The position numbers and the translations under genes are program-made. Below the pieces are notes generated by a model. It saw only the letters and a list, made by a program, of their open reading frames with translations. It ran no database searches and was not told the origin of the DNA. 64,000 bases of DNA from Gordius albopunctatus (Eukaryota): the NCBI GenBank assembly GCA_964276515.1, contig OZ193910.1:4650001-4714000 (forward strand), given 5' to 3'. This document shows positions 1 through 12,200 of this stretch, in pieces. How positions within the stretch are numbered: the stretch's first letter is position 1; the number at the start of each line of letters is the position of its first letter.

Positions 1-100
1 GATTTAGATTTCAAAAAACTAGGATCGGATGGATATAAAATTTTTCAAAAACCCCTCGGATCTGATCGGATAAAAAAAATTTGATCCGTGCACACCTCTA
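1..100. mobile_element. Right end of a hAT-type MITE (partial, runs off the window)
   Basis: Ends in GATCCGTGCACACCTCTA, the same TAGAGG-type terminus as other hAT elements here, with repeated GATCGGAT subterminal motifs. Confidence 0.5.
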
Positions 101-398
101 GGGTAAATAATAACTTACGTAAATTTGTGTATTCAAATTATAAAGATTTGAGAGGCGTCATATATTCAAATTGAGATAAAGTATTTACATTGTGTAATTA
201 CGCGGGTGAATAATAATTCACGTAAATTATGTGTATTCAAATTATGGCAATTTGAAAGGCGCCATAAATCTTTTTTTTATTTTTAGAATATAGAAGTATT
301 TGTAATTAAACTTATGTGCAAATTATTAAAACCTTATATTCTTATTGCAATTTTTATCTACTTTAATGTAAACATATTTTAAGTCTATACTTTATGAT

Positions 399-976
399 TA
401 GAGCTGGTAAAAATTTCTTTTAAAAAGGAACTTGTCAAGTTCCAGTTCCTTTGCCTAAAATGGAACTAATTCCAGTTCCTAGTTCCTCATTTTAAAAAGG
501 AACTAGTTCCAGTTCCTTTTTTAAATTTTCTTTTAAATGTACAAACATCTTTTATTAATTCATAAAACCAATATATTATATATTACAATTTATAAAAATC
601 ATCAGGTAATAAATGTTTATTTGATTTTAACAAAATATTATTTTCAAAGTTGTCATCTAAAAAACATGTTAGCTTGTCTCCAAATAAAATTTTGCCCAAG
701 CTAAATAATCTTTCCACAGGAGCACTTGATGGTAATGGCCTATTATATTTAATGAATATTTTTTTAATCGGGAAAACTGTCTAAAAGACTTAAATTTCGG
801 TTATTAGAAATCAAAAAACTTTCAATTGATTCATTCTTTTCATCATTTTTTAATTCAAAAAAATCCATTTCTGATAATCTAGGTCCAGCCTGTTGAGATT
901 TAGGAACAAACAAATTGATATCCTCTAAAATATTTGCTGAACTAGTTCAAGGGAACTAATTTCTTTAACAGCTATA
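399..976 (-). mobile_element. Non-autonomous hAT transposon with dimerization-domain remnant
   Basis: Imperfect TIRs TAGAGCTGGTAA / TTAACAGCTATA; 8-bp TSD TTTATGAT / TTTATTAT; minus strand encodes IFIKYNRPLPSSAPVERLFS (hAT C-terminal motif). Confidence 0.8.
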
Positions 977-1116
977 TTTATTATATAGAGTTATTAAGTG
1001 TATATGTTACATACATGTTGTTGAGCATTTACTATGATATTTAATGTTTTGAATATTTATAATTGATCTTGTCATAAAATTATACATTTCATATAACGAA
1101 GTGCATATATTACACA

Positions 1117-2192
1117 TCTTATATATAAAAATGAAACTATGTATGTATGTTTTTATGTATGCCGCCACAAATTTTGGAGAACTACTAGACCGATTTGGCA
1201 CAAAATTTCATAATTTATTCCCCACACTCCGGAGCATGTTTTAAGATATGTACGAGCCAAATCGGTCCAGTAGCTTTCAAAATATTTTATTTTATACGTT
1301 TTGACGTTAAAATGTCAATCAAACGCAACCTCATGACGTACTACCTATCTAAATGAAACTATATGTGTGTGTGTGCATGCGAGTAGGTAGTGTTTTAGTG
1401 TGATAAATGTAGGCATCTGCTGCGGAAAATGGAAACTTTTTACGATTTGAAACATTAAATCAAAGCATGGGCCTACGCAGGTTTTGAATTAGGGGGGGGG
1501 GGGGGGTCAGATTAAAAAAAAAATTTTCTCGACTATCCAAAAATCTTCCTGAGAGCAAAAAAAAGGTCTTCGACTACTAAATTCCTAAATTTTTCCTGAG
1601 ACCCGCAGGGGGTAGCCGCCCTCCCTGCCCTCCGTTGACTAATTAGGGAGGGGGGGGGGAGGGGTACGCCCATCAATCAAAGTCATTTTTTTGCTTATTT
1701 TTCACGTCAATTATTATTATTATAGGACAATCGTGTCCTCTCCTGCGTAGCTAAATAAATTAAAAAATCTAATTTTGTCATTTTTTGCGCGTTAAATAAG
1801 GAGAAAAATGAAAATACAATTAAGAAAGTGACAATAAATGTTGATATATCTCAGTTCTTCGGGCATTATTAAGTTCAGGATTAAAAGTTTTATTCAGAAA
1901 CAAATAATTATGATATTGTTTCTTAATTACAAAAAAATATATAAAATTGCTTGAAGGGCCAGGGGGCCAAAGATTTTTCCCTTGGGGGGGGGCATGAGGC
2001 CTGGTTTTCTCTCTTGGGTGGGCCTGGGTCTTGGATTCTCTTTAACTATTTGTTTAAAATTTTTTGCATAATAAACACTTATCAATTATATTTGATATAT
2101 TCTTAATCTATTAAAATTTATCTATAAGATCATATATATTCTGCTAATACACCCGGGTAAATGGCAAAACAACGTTTGCCAGGTTCATCTAG
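1117..2192 (+). mobile_element. Non-autonomous Helitron, first unit of a head-to-tail dimer
   Basis: 5' TC after A; 3' hairpin GGCAAA-ACAACG-TTTGCC then CTAG; the same termini recur several times in the window. Confidence 0.8.
1466..1674. mobile_element. G/C-tract MITE nested in the Helitron
   Basis: TIR CATGGGCCTAC / GTACGCCCATC; perfect 8-bp TSD AATCAAAG; the empty site is visible in Helitron copies near 37395 and 43153. Confidence 0.8.
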
Positions 2193-3148
2193 TCTTATAA
2201 TAAAAATGAAACTATGTATGTTTGTATGTATGCCGCCACAAATTTTGGAGAACTACCGGACAGATTTGCCTCAAAGTTTCACAGTTTATTTCCCACACTC
2301 CGGAGCATGTTTTAAGATTTGTTTGAGCCCAATCGGTCCAGTAGTTTTGGAGATATTTTGTTTTATACGTTTTGACGTTAAAATGTCAATCAAACGCAAC
2401 CTCATCGTGTTCTTTGAAAATTTGAATATATACACTTCTTTAGTAAAAGTGTATCACTTATAATATTTTCTAAAAGTCATCTTTTTTTAACGGTGACAAC
2501 ATAAAATTTATCAATTAAACTTGGAATAAATAAAATTTCTTTCTAATTAGATTTTTTCATTCTTGGATAATTTTAATTCTTTTCTCCATGGTTTAGAAGG
2601 TAATTATGAGATTATATATATATATGTTAAGATTTCTAACATCAGTTTTTTATATGTTCAAACTTCATTTTCAATTTTCAGTTAAAGTTACATACTATAA
2701 TACATCGATCTATACCTTTTGCTATCTGTTTAGCTTTCCCTAGCTTCCACTCAAACGGCCCTCGGGCAAAATCCATCCTTAACCTATGCCAGGTTTTAAC
2801 TCCTCGTCTTCCCATCCCTGATTACCCTAAAAATGGTTCCCACATCGCCTCCATACGTGTGACATTTGTATCTTTTTATATAATACGTTCTTATAATGTT
2901 CATTGTTATTACATAATTTATGCAAGGTCGTGACCCCAAATAACTTACATGCTTCTATGGCCATGTGATACTAATGGCAGCTCATTAATTTTGTTGCCAG
3001 TTTTATTAGTTGAGTTTTTAAATTTATTTTTTGGTAGTTTTAAATTTTCTTATTTAAATTTTTTAATTTTTTTTTTAAAATATTGTATTGAAAAATTATT
3101 ATTTTTTTAAATCAGGATGGGAAAACAACGTTTGCCGGGTTCATCTAG
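2193..3148 (+). mobile_element. Non-autonomous Helitron, second unit
   Basis: Starts TCTTATA directly after the CTAG of unit 1; ends in the hairpin plus CTAG followed by T. Confidence 0.75.
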
Positions 3149-3289
3149 TATGTCTTAAAACATCAACTTTAATGTATAATATCGTAATTTTCGTTGCATG
3201 CATGCATAACCATTATATTTTGCCTCATTAAATTTTGACACAGAATCCGCGTGTTTTGCAAAACACACGTGACGCATCCATTTTTAAAA

Positions 3290-6200
3290 ATGAGAAAAAG
3301 GGCATGTGTTATCGTTCTAGGTGAAATATCTCAAAGCCCTCGAATGGAATTCCATGCCTTATCATTTGCTGAAAATGGTTACGCAGTTGACATTATTGGC
3401 CATAATTGTAAGAAGCTTAATTGCTATATACACTGGTTTAGCAAATGTACCATATAAAAATATAACTACAAATAAAAATATAAAGATTAGACCCCTCAAA
3501 AAATTTCCTGTAAAATTCAAAGGTATTTATAATTCTATTATAGATTAATTTTAGTAGCTATTCTATTTCCTGTATATTTAATATTAAGAGTTATGTGGGA
3601 AATTGGCTTTCTTCTAAGAGCACTTAAAAGTGTATCTGCTCCTGATGTGATTATCATTCAGGTAGTTATTGCATATATAGCTATAAACTTCACATAGAAT
3701 CCTCCATCAATTTATATCATGCCAATAATATTATTGCTTCATTATTGTTTATGGAAAAACATGAAAATTATATTAGATTGGCACAATTATGGATACACTC
3801 TTCTATCTCTAAAATACTCACACTATTCATTAATTATAGGTTTGTATAAATAGTGAGTTAAAAATACTTTAATTGAATTTATCGTTTTTTTTTCTAATTA
3901 TGTCTTTGATTCTCAGTTTTGAGAGTCGAATTGGTAAATGGGTTGATTATAATATGTGTGTTTCAAATGCAATGAAGAGGGATTTAAAAAAGTGGAATAT
4001 TGAGTAATCAAATTTTTCTCAACGTGTTCTATATTTTATAGAGCTACAACTCTATATGATTTTCCTCAAAAGTTTTTTGCTCACTCAGATGGCATCAAAG
4101 AAAAGCATGATCTTTTGATCAAACTATTGTAAATTAATAGCTAAATTCCATAATAGTTTTATTATTTTAATTAAATGCTTTTAAAACCTAATGACTTTAC
4201 CTGTTTTTTTAGCAATATTGATACAAGAAACAAAAAGGAAAGTTTATTTACAGTTTATACTCCAGGTGACATTTCTCATTCTTGTCATTATAAGAAGGAT
4301 AGACCAGCACTAGTCATTAGTAGTACTAGTTGGACAGGTTGTCATTAGTGAAATTTAAACAATATAAGTTTTTCTTTATTTTGTTCAACTGATTCTATTT
4401 ACCACTATTCAAATCATATTAAATGTGTTATCTCTTTATTGATTACAATAGAAGATGAAGATTTTTCTTACCTTATAAATGCAATGGAGTTGTACGACAC
4501 TATGAAACAGGGAAATACTACTCTAGTTACTTATCCTGATATTCTTTGTGTTGTAACGGGCAAAGGTCCCCTCAAGGCATATTATGCAGATCTTATCAAA
4601 TCTAAACATTTCAAACATGTTGATTTTAGGTTGCTATGGTTGGAATCTGAAGATTATCCCAAATTGTTAGGTCAGTTATTTAAATATCACAATAATAAGG
4701 CAAAAGCTTTTCTAAATATTTTTCCAAACATACATTAACTTTTAGGTTTAAATTAAGTTGTGGTTAATTTTGAGTTTAATATAATTTGATTATTTAGGTA
4801 TAATTTTCATCTAACACATTTAAAGGTTCTCTTTAGATATTTAATTTTATGTTGGAATGATTGCCCTTTTATTATTACATGTGTATCTTTGGTGGATGTG
4901 GGCTACTGACTTTCAGAAGTATTAATGCCCGAATCAATTCAAAAAATGTCTGAGAATGCAACTAAATAGGGGAGGTTTAAAAGCACAGAATGGAATTTTC
5001 TATAACTCAGTTTTTAAAACCTAAAAAAACTCGTTAGAGGTTTTGTTAACAATTTAGATCATTTTCTGGGTTAGGCTTTGATAGTGTAATTAATAATACA
5101 TTTTTACTGAGATTTGCCTTAGTCAAAGACCTTTAGGTGTAACTTGCTTTATTACTTCCTCGTCAGCTTAGCCTTATTTATAGGGGGTTAGGTTTAAATT
5201 ATTTTGTTTAATACATAAGAATCTTAAAACTTAGGGCAACTACCTTCCATTGGCTATGCTCATGCCTGTCAACTAAAACATTTGTCAAACTTTAGAGTAA
5301 TATATCAAGAAATAAATTTTCATTCTAATGGAAAACTACACTTCTTGAAAATTTTTAGTATCTGAATAAAAAATGAATATTGTGAAATCCTTGTTTTAAT
5401 TTTTCATCACACTTTTTAGGATGTGCAGACTTGGGGATATGCTTGCATAATTCGTCTAGTGGATTCGATTTACCTATGAAGATATCGGATATGTTTGGGT
5501 GCAATTTACCCGTCATAGCGTACGATTATCCTACCCTGCATGAAATTGTTGAGCCTGGGCACAACGGCCTCCTATTTAAGGATAGCCGAGAACTGTACGA
5601 AAGGCTGAAGGTATGATGATTATACGCGAAGTTACAAAGCATTGAAATTTGGTTGACTAAACGTTGTTCTTTAAAATGTGAAAATTATTTAATTCGTAAC
5701 CCAAAATCTGGTTTAGGTTGGATTATAAAGTTTATGTGAGGCTTAAAAATGGACAAAAACACATTTTTAAAGTTCCTTTACACAACATTTTCATTTAAAG
5801 CTTTGCTGGTGACAACAAGTGTAGGGTTGCTTTTGTTTTTCAAAAAAATGGATTTGGAGAATTATAGGTAGTCACCCAAATATTTAGCGCGTGTGCCGCG
5901 AAATATATGAGATTAACTTTTTTAAATTAATGTGAAAAGATGAATTATATTTAAAAATGTCAATTGTTTTATATTAGTTTTATTGTTCAGTATATGAACC
6001 CGGCAAACGTTGTTTTGCCATTTACCCGGGTGTATTAAATTATGTTAGAATTTTAGGGCATACATGATGATAAAGCGGTTATTGAAGTAAAAATAAAGTT
6101 TAATAATTTTCAAACAAATAGTTAAAGAGGGTCCAAGGCCCAGGCCCACCCAAGAGATAAAACCTGGCCCCATGCCCCCCCCCCCCCCAAAGTGAAAAAT

Positions 6201-9200
6201 CTTTGGCCCCCTGGCCCTTCAACCATTTTTTTAAATATTTTTTTGTAATTAAGAAACAATATCATAATTATTTGTTTCTTAATAAAACTTTTAATTCTGA
6301 ACTTAATAATGTCCAAAGAACAGAAATATATGAACATTTATTGGCACTTTGTTAATTTTATTTTCATTTTTCTCCTTATTTAACGCGCAAAAAAGGACAA
6401 AATTAGATTTTTTAATTTATTTAGCCACGCAGGAGGGGACACGACAGTCCTATAATAATAATAATAATAAATGACCTGAAAAATAAGCAAAAAAATGACT
6501 TTGATTCATGGGCGTACCCCTCCCCCCCTAATTAAAAAAAATAATTTTTCAATACAAAAACCCTTAAAAATTATGTTTTGCCCCCCCCCTCTCCCTAATT
6601 AGCCAGGGAAGAGCAGAAAGGGCAGCTGTCCCCCCCCCCTAATTAGTCAGGGGAGGGCGGCTACCCCCTGCGGGTGTAGTCGAAAACCTTTTTTTTGCTC
6701 TCATAAAAATTTTTGGATAGGCGAGAAAATTTTTTTTTTTAAATCTGACCCCCCCCCCTGATTCAAAACCTGCTTATTATACAATAATACTATTATTTTA
6801 TTTTTCTAGTTAGCTCATTTATTTGAAATACAATTTTCTTTAATATAATATAATAATTAATTGAAGGATGGATAATTATTAAAAATATGCTTCCATGATC
6901 GACCACTTGATAATAATTTAAATATTATTTATTTATTTTAAATAGTTTGTTAAACCCCAATAATTTTGACCGTATACTGTAACATTTTTATTATACTTTT
7001 AAATATCTAATGCGAGAAAACTTCAGCCTTGTATGTATGACGTCATTATTGTATATGATGCTATAAATGAAACTGGCCGGTAAATGTGCGATATTTTTAA
7101 AACGAAAAGGTATTTTAGGAATCTAAAAAAGCTATTTTGCCCCTGGCATCCCTGGGCATCTACGGCTAAATTTTCGAGCGAATTGGGCCGGTAGTTTCAG
7201 AATTTAGCCCTTACATACATACACACACACATACATATATATATATAGATTACTTTATATATATAGATGGGCATACGCAGGAATACATAAAGGGAGGTTT
7301 TACTTTTTTTATTGTAAAAAGTTTTTGTAAAAGGCTTTCAATCAATAATTATTTTGTAATGTTTTTATAATATTAAAGATTTGATATAACAAGGCGATTT
7401 TTATAATATTTGGTGTTAAAATTAAAAATTTCTAGGTCCATAATAAATTGAAAATAAATACACTATAATATAAGGCTGAAACATTTGAACTCCTACACAA
7501 CGTCTACGAGAACATAAAATTATATATACTTTCGTGCAAAATAATATGGTCGACATTAAGAGAATTATGATGGAAAAACGAGTGCGAGATGTGAATATGA
7601 ATAAATACCAATAACGCGAAAAGGCGATATCTCGGTATTTTATTAAACATCAATATAATGCGGCGTATCAGCTTTGCGGCTATTGTTTGAGCATATTTAC
7701 TGCGAACGCGTTTATTAATCCCAACATATTATGCAAATTGATTTTGAGCGTTCCACTAAAAGCGCCACTGATAAATGCAATCTCGAATGCCTTCGTAAAA
7801 GGTATTAATTAATTTTCCAGGCTCATATTTTAGTTTAAGGATGCCTCTTCCATTATTCAAAGGCCCTGCTGAGGAGCATCCATAAGCTGGGGTTCAAAAA
7901 AGAATATATATCCGGGATCCACTAATGCGGAAAATGATACGAAGGGCTTCTGGGTTTCCTTTCTTACGCCAGCAAGATGTTGACCTTAAGCCGAGATCAT
8001 GCTGGGCTGACCCTATTGTCTCTCGGCATCCTAAATTGCCTGATTTTTTTGATGATATTTTGACTACTTGGATATGCCCTTCGGCTGTATTTCGTGGCAA
8101 AGATACGAGGCAATTGGTGCTAGGACTAATAACGACCCCGAGGGTTATCACATCTCTATTAAGTCCCTTATTTGGCAACCTAATTCCGATATGTACACCT
8201 ACATTTCCTTTTTAATCGAAAATAATTAAAAAGGTGAAATCGATCTGTTACAAATAATCAAGGCCAAATAGTATATTCTATTAGTAAACGTGTTCGGGCT
8301 TGTCTTAATATCAGATTTTAATATGCAGCAAAAATCGTCATATGTGTTTTAAAATAGCCGTGTCTTAATATCCGATTTACATCAGATTTCGATTTTAGAC
8401 ACATAAAGGCTTGTCTTAATATCGGATTCAGTTTCGAAACGCGCGATTTTTTTGGTCCATATATCCGATTCAAGCTCATGGTTCAAACTCGAATGTTATT
8501 ATTAATTTTACTTAAAAACAAGTAATAGAAAGAAAAAAAGCATAATTTATCAACGTCGTGATATATTTGAGGAATATAATCACCTTTTTGATGATATTAG
8601 TAGGAGTGAGCAGAACTTTTTTGAATACACCAGAATGTATCCTTCAACATTCTATTACTTATTAAGTCAAATCATTAAAGATATAAAGCATCATAAATGC
8701 AAAGTTATTGCCATACCTCCAGCAAAATGACTTATGGTAATCTTAAGGTAAAATAAATTTTAAACTAAAGAATTATAACAACTTTAGGTATTTAATCAAA
8801 GGTGAAAATTTCAGACAAATAGCCTATAGTTTCAGAATTTCAAGAAGTGCAATAACCTACATCATTGAAGAAGTTTTAGATGCCATAATAAAGTTAGGAT
8901 CAACTCACATTCCTGTGCCAACAGTGTCTGATTGGATTAGAGTAAAATTAATTCATTATATTAAAGTATTTCCATTTAGATATCTAAAGAGTTTAATGAA
9001 AGATGGAATTTTCCTCTTTGCTTAAGAGCTATAGATGGCAAGCACATCAGAATAAAGAAACCTGCTAGAGAAGGAAGTAGGTACTTTAACTATAAAGGAT
9101 ACCATTCTATTGTTTTGATGGCAATTACGGATGCAAAATATAAGTTCATTTATTTTGATGTTGGTGCATTGGTTCAAAGTGATGGGGGTGTTTGGAAGCA

Positions 9201-12200
9201 AACTTCTTTATACAAAAAAATTCAAGGGGATGATACATTTTTACCTTCTGGTGGATACTTTCCTGGTACCCAAGTTCAAGCCCCATACGTATTCATTGCA
9301 GATGAGGCTTTCCAGTTAAGTCACTTCTTGCTTAAACCCAATTCATATTCATCAAGAACATTAAATGACGAGAAAACTGTTTTCAATACAAGATTATCAA
9401 GAGCTAGAAACTGTGTACAATATTCCTTTGGCATACTAACTGCCAAATTTGACATATTTAATAAACCCATTAGGACCAGACCTCAAAAAGTGGAGAAGAT
9501 TGTATTAGGAGCATGCATCCTACACAATATACTTATTGATAGGGAGCAGATAGGTTAGACTCCTTTACAAGAAGCAACATCACTTTCAAACACTGACTTA
9601 TTGAATATGCCAAGCCAAGAAATTTTTATTCAAATTATTTTAATTTATTTTTATGATTTGAATAAAATTTATGTTGTCTACTTTTAAATAAAATTTTATT
9701 AACAATATTGGTTCATAGAATATACAAACACAAACATTAGATTGTAAATGGTATGTTGTTTTTATATCAAAAGACAATTTATTGTTGTTGAGCCATTATA
9801 TTAAGAGATTGCAAATCTGTCAAAATAGATCTAATAACCTACTATTAAAATACTAATTATAATATTTAATGAAAAATTATCTGGATTGAAACTATTTTTA
9901 ACCTTCTTAACAATTTCAAAATATTCCATCCTGGTGTCAATTTAATTATATGTCTCACATGCTTATTGTTAACATATACACAATTTTAGAAATTTTATTA
10001 ACAATATTAGTTCATGATATATATAATTACATTGTATGGGGTACACTATTTTTATAGCAAAAAACAATTTTCATGATAAATTCTTTACATTGCTGTTTGG
10101 CCATTACATCCAGGGATTGTAAATCTGGCAAAAGAGATTTAAAAAATAATAAATCTGGATCATCTTCTTTTGATGATTTAGCCTCTTCTATGTCAATCAG
10201 TCTATTAAGTTGATCAACAAACAGGGTTCTCCTTTTACAAGGTCTATTTTCTAATTTTAAAAATTTGAGAAGGGAGAGTCCCAATCGGGATATCCCCCTA
10301 ACTCTTGTTTTATTTATTAATATTTTCCTCATGTAAATATTATAAAAGCGATATATGAAAATCAATATATATATGGTGATCATTACGCGAGAAATTAACA
10401 CACCGACGAGGGGCAGAGGTTAAGTAAGCGCCGAGTGGGGAAACGATATAGAGTAAAAGAGGGGTGCTGAATTATAGTAAATTTCTTAGACTCTTTTACG
10501 GTATTCCAGTTTTGCAAACTAGTTGGTGTTCTGGTTGTGTGTTGAGTTCGAGCGTACCCAGTGGACCATGTTACCCAATTGGAAGTCGTCGAAAAAGCTT
10601 TCTCGGGAAGGTGCATCTGCTGGATTGTTGTCCGTTGAGACCCATTCTAGGTTTTGCTTGATCTTGATCATATTGTCCAGGCCCATTACCTCGCAAATCT
10701 TGGTGAACGCGTACTCTAGGTGCGGCGCATGTGCACTACCCTTTTTCATGATGTAAAAGGCGGTACGGGAATCCGTCAAGATCTTGGGGTTGAGGCTAGG
10801 TGTGTCGACAGCTGCTTTGATGAAGGCCAAAGGTATGGCAACCAGCTCGAGCAGGTTGATGGTGGGGATGAGGTCATGAACTGCGAAGATGGCAAGCGCA
10901 TCACTTTTGGCAATAGAGAGGACGGAGCCTCTGTAAAAAATACTAATATGTGAGAGTGACGCATCTCCCGCAGTGAATCCGTTGGTGTCGTAACGCATTC
11001 GGAAGGGTGTAGAGAGGTGCCGTTGTATCATGAGAATTTTTCGGACTGTCCACTCCGTCCGAAATTCGATGGGGTCTGAGGCTAGCAACATGTTGTAGGC
11101 TGGGGAAACGTATTTCGACCATCCGGTGAGCATGTAGACGTAGTGTGTCAGAATGCCCAAACACGTCTGAGTTACTAGTGGTTGTGGCTTGACCCCTTCC
11201 AACAGGAAGTGATTGAGGATTTGCACGGCTGCATCTATCTTTTTAACGAATTTGGCATTTACTTTGAGTGTACGAGATTCCAAGTCCACGTGGATACCGA
11301 GATAATCCATTTTAGTACGAGGAATCAAGCATGATTTGGCCTTGTTGATAGTCAGGTTCCAGCATTTGGCAAGGTATAAAAACCTTCTGGTATCAGCTAG
11401 TACCATCGTGGAAGAAGAACCATAGATGAGAATGTCATCCAAATATACATTGTATTTGGATTTTGTGATGGATTTCTTGCATAAGTCCAGCATTATTTGT
11501 TGGAGGACGAATGGGGAGAAGCTTGCTCCCATGGGCAGAACCTTGTAGGCATATTTCCTCCTTCTGTACCTAAACCCAAAGAATTTAGCAGCGTCTGGAG
11601 CCAATGGAATTGAGAAGAAGGCTGCTTTCATGTCGATTTTTGTCATGAATTTTGCCTCGGAGAGTGACGACGCAATGAGAGGAATGGATTTGAGAGAGAA
11701 GGGATATTTTACAAAGTTTTTGGAGATCTGGGATAAATCCGCAATGAGTCGAGGGGAACCATCGCTTTTCGGTATGAAATACATCGGAGATGGGATGGTG
11801 CCCGGGTTTTCCCTGACGATGTTGTATAAGATAATTTCATCCACAAGCGGTTTATGTTCCCGGGGGATAGCCTTGACATAGCGGGGGATGTGATAACGCC
11901 CATGATTGTCTACGATAGCCTTGCGAGAAAGTCTGGGCTTAAACCCAAACTTAGCCACTCGTAAAGTAAAAGGGCTTTGCCTCCAATGAGGTTTCAGAAT
12001 TGACGTACGAATAGAGAGTGGTTGATCGAAGTTGACGAATGAGGAGAGAGGATGAGTTGGAAAAAGGGGAATATTGGACGGTTCGCTAATGACAGGTGGG
12101 CCTTCGCCATCCAGACCCACCTCCGTCCATTGTGATGATAGAAGTCCCGGCACATTGGTATGCTCAGGTAGCGACGTGCTAAAAGGGTGTGGCAACTCTT

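Noticed and set aside
2161..2463. Short ORFs in Helitron and MITE copies (also 1007-1201, 6122-6337, 43312-43551)
   Set aside because: They lie in non-coding repeats and are not conserved in frame between copies.
8296..8430. Spaced TGTCTTAATATC repeats as a CRISPR-like array
   Set aside because: Only three short copies at a transposon end in eukaryotic DNA; better explained as transposase binding sites.
10027..10401. 124-aa ORF as a third retroelement gene
   Set aside because: Chimera of the non-coding tail and the Harbinger BESS exon.
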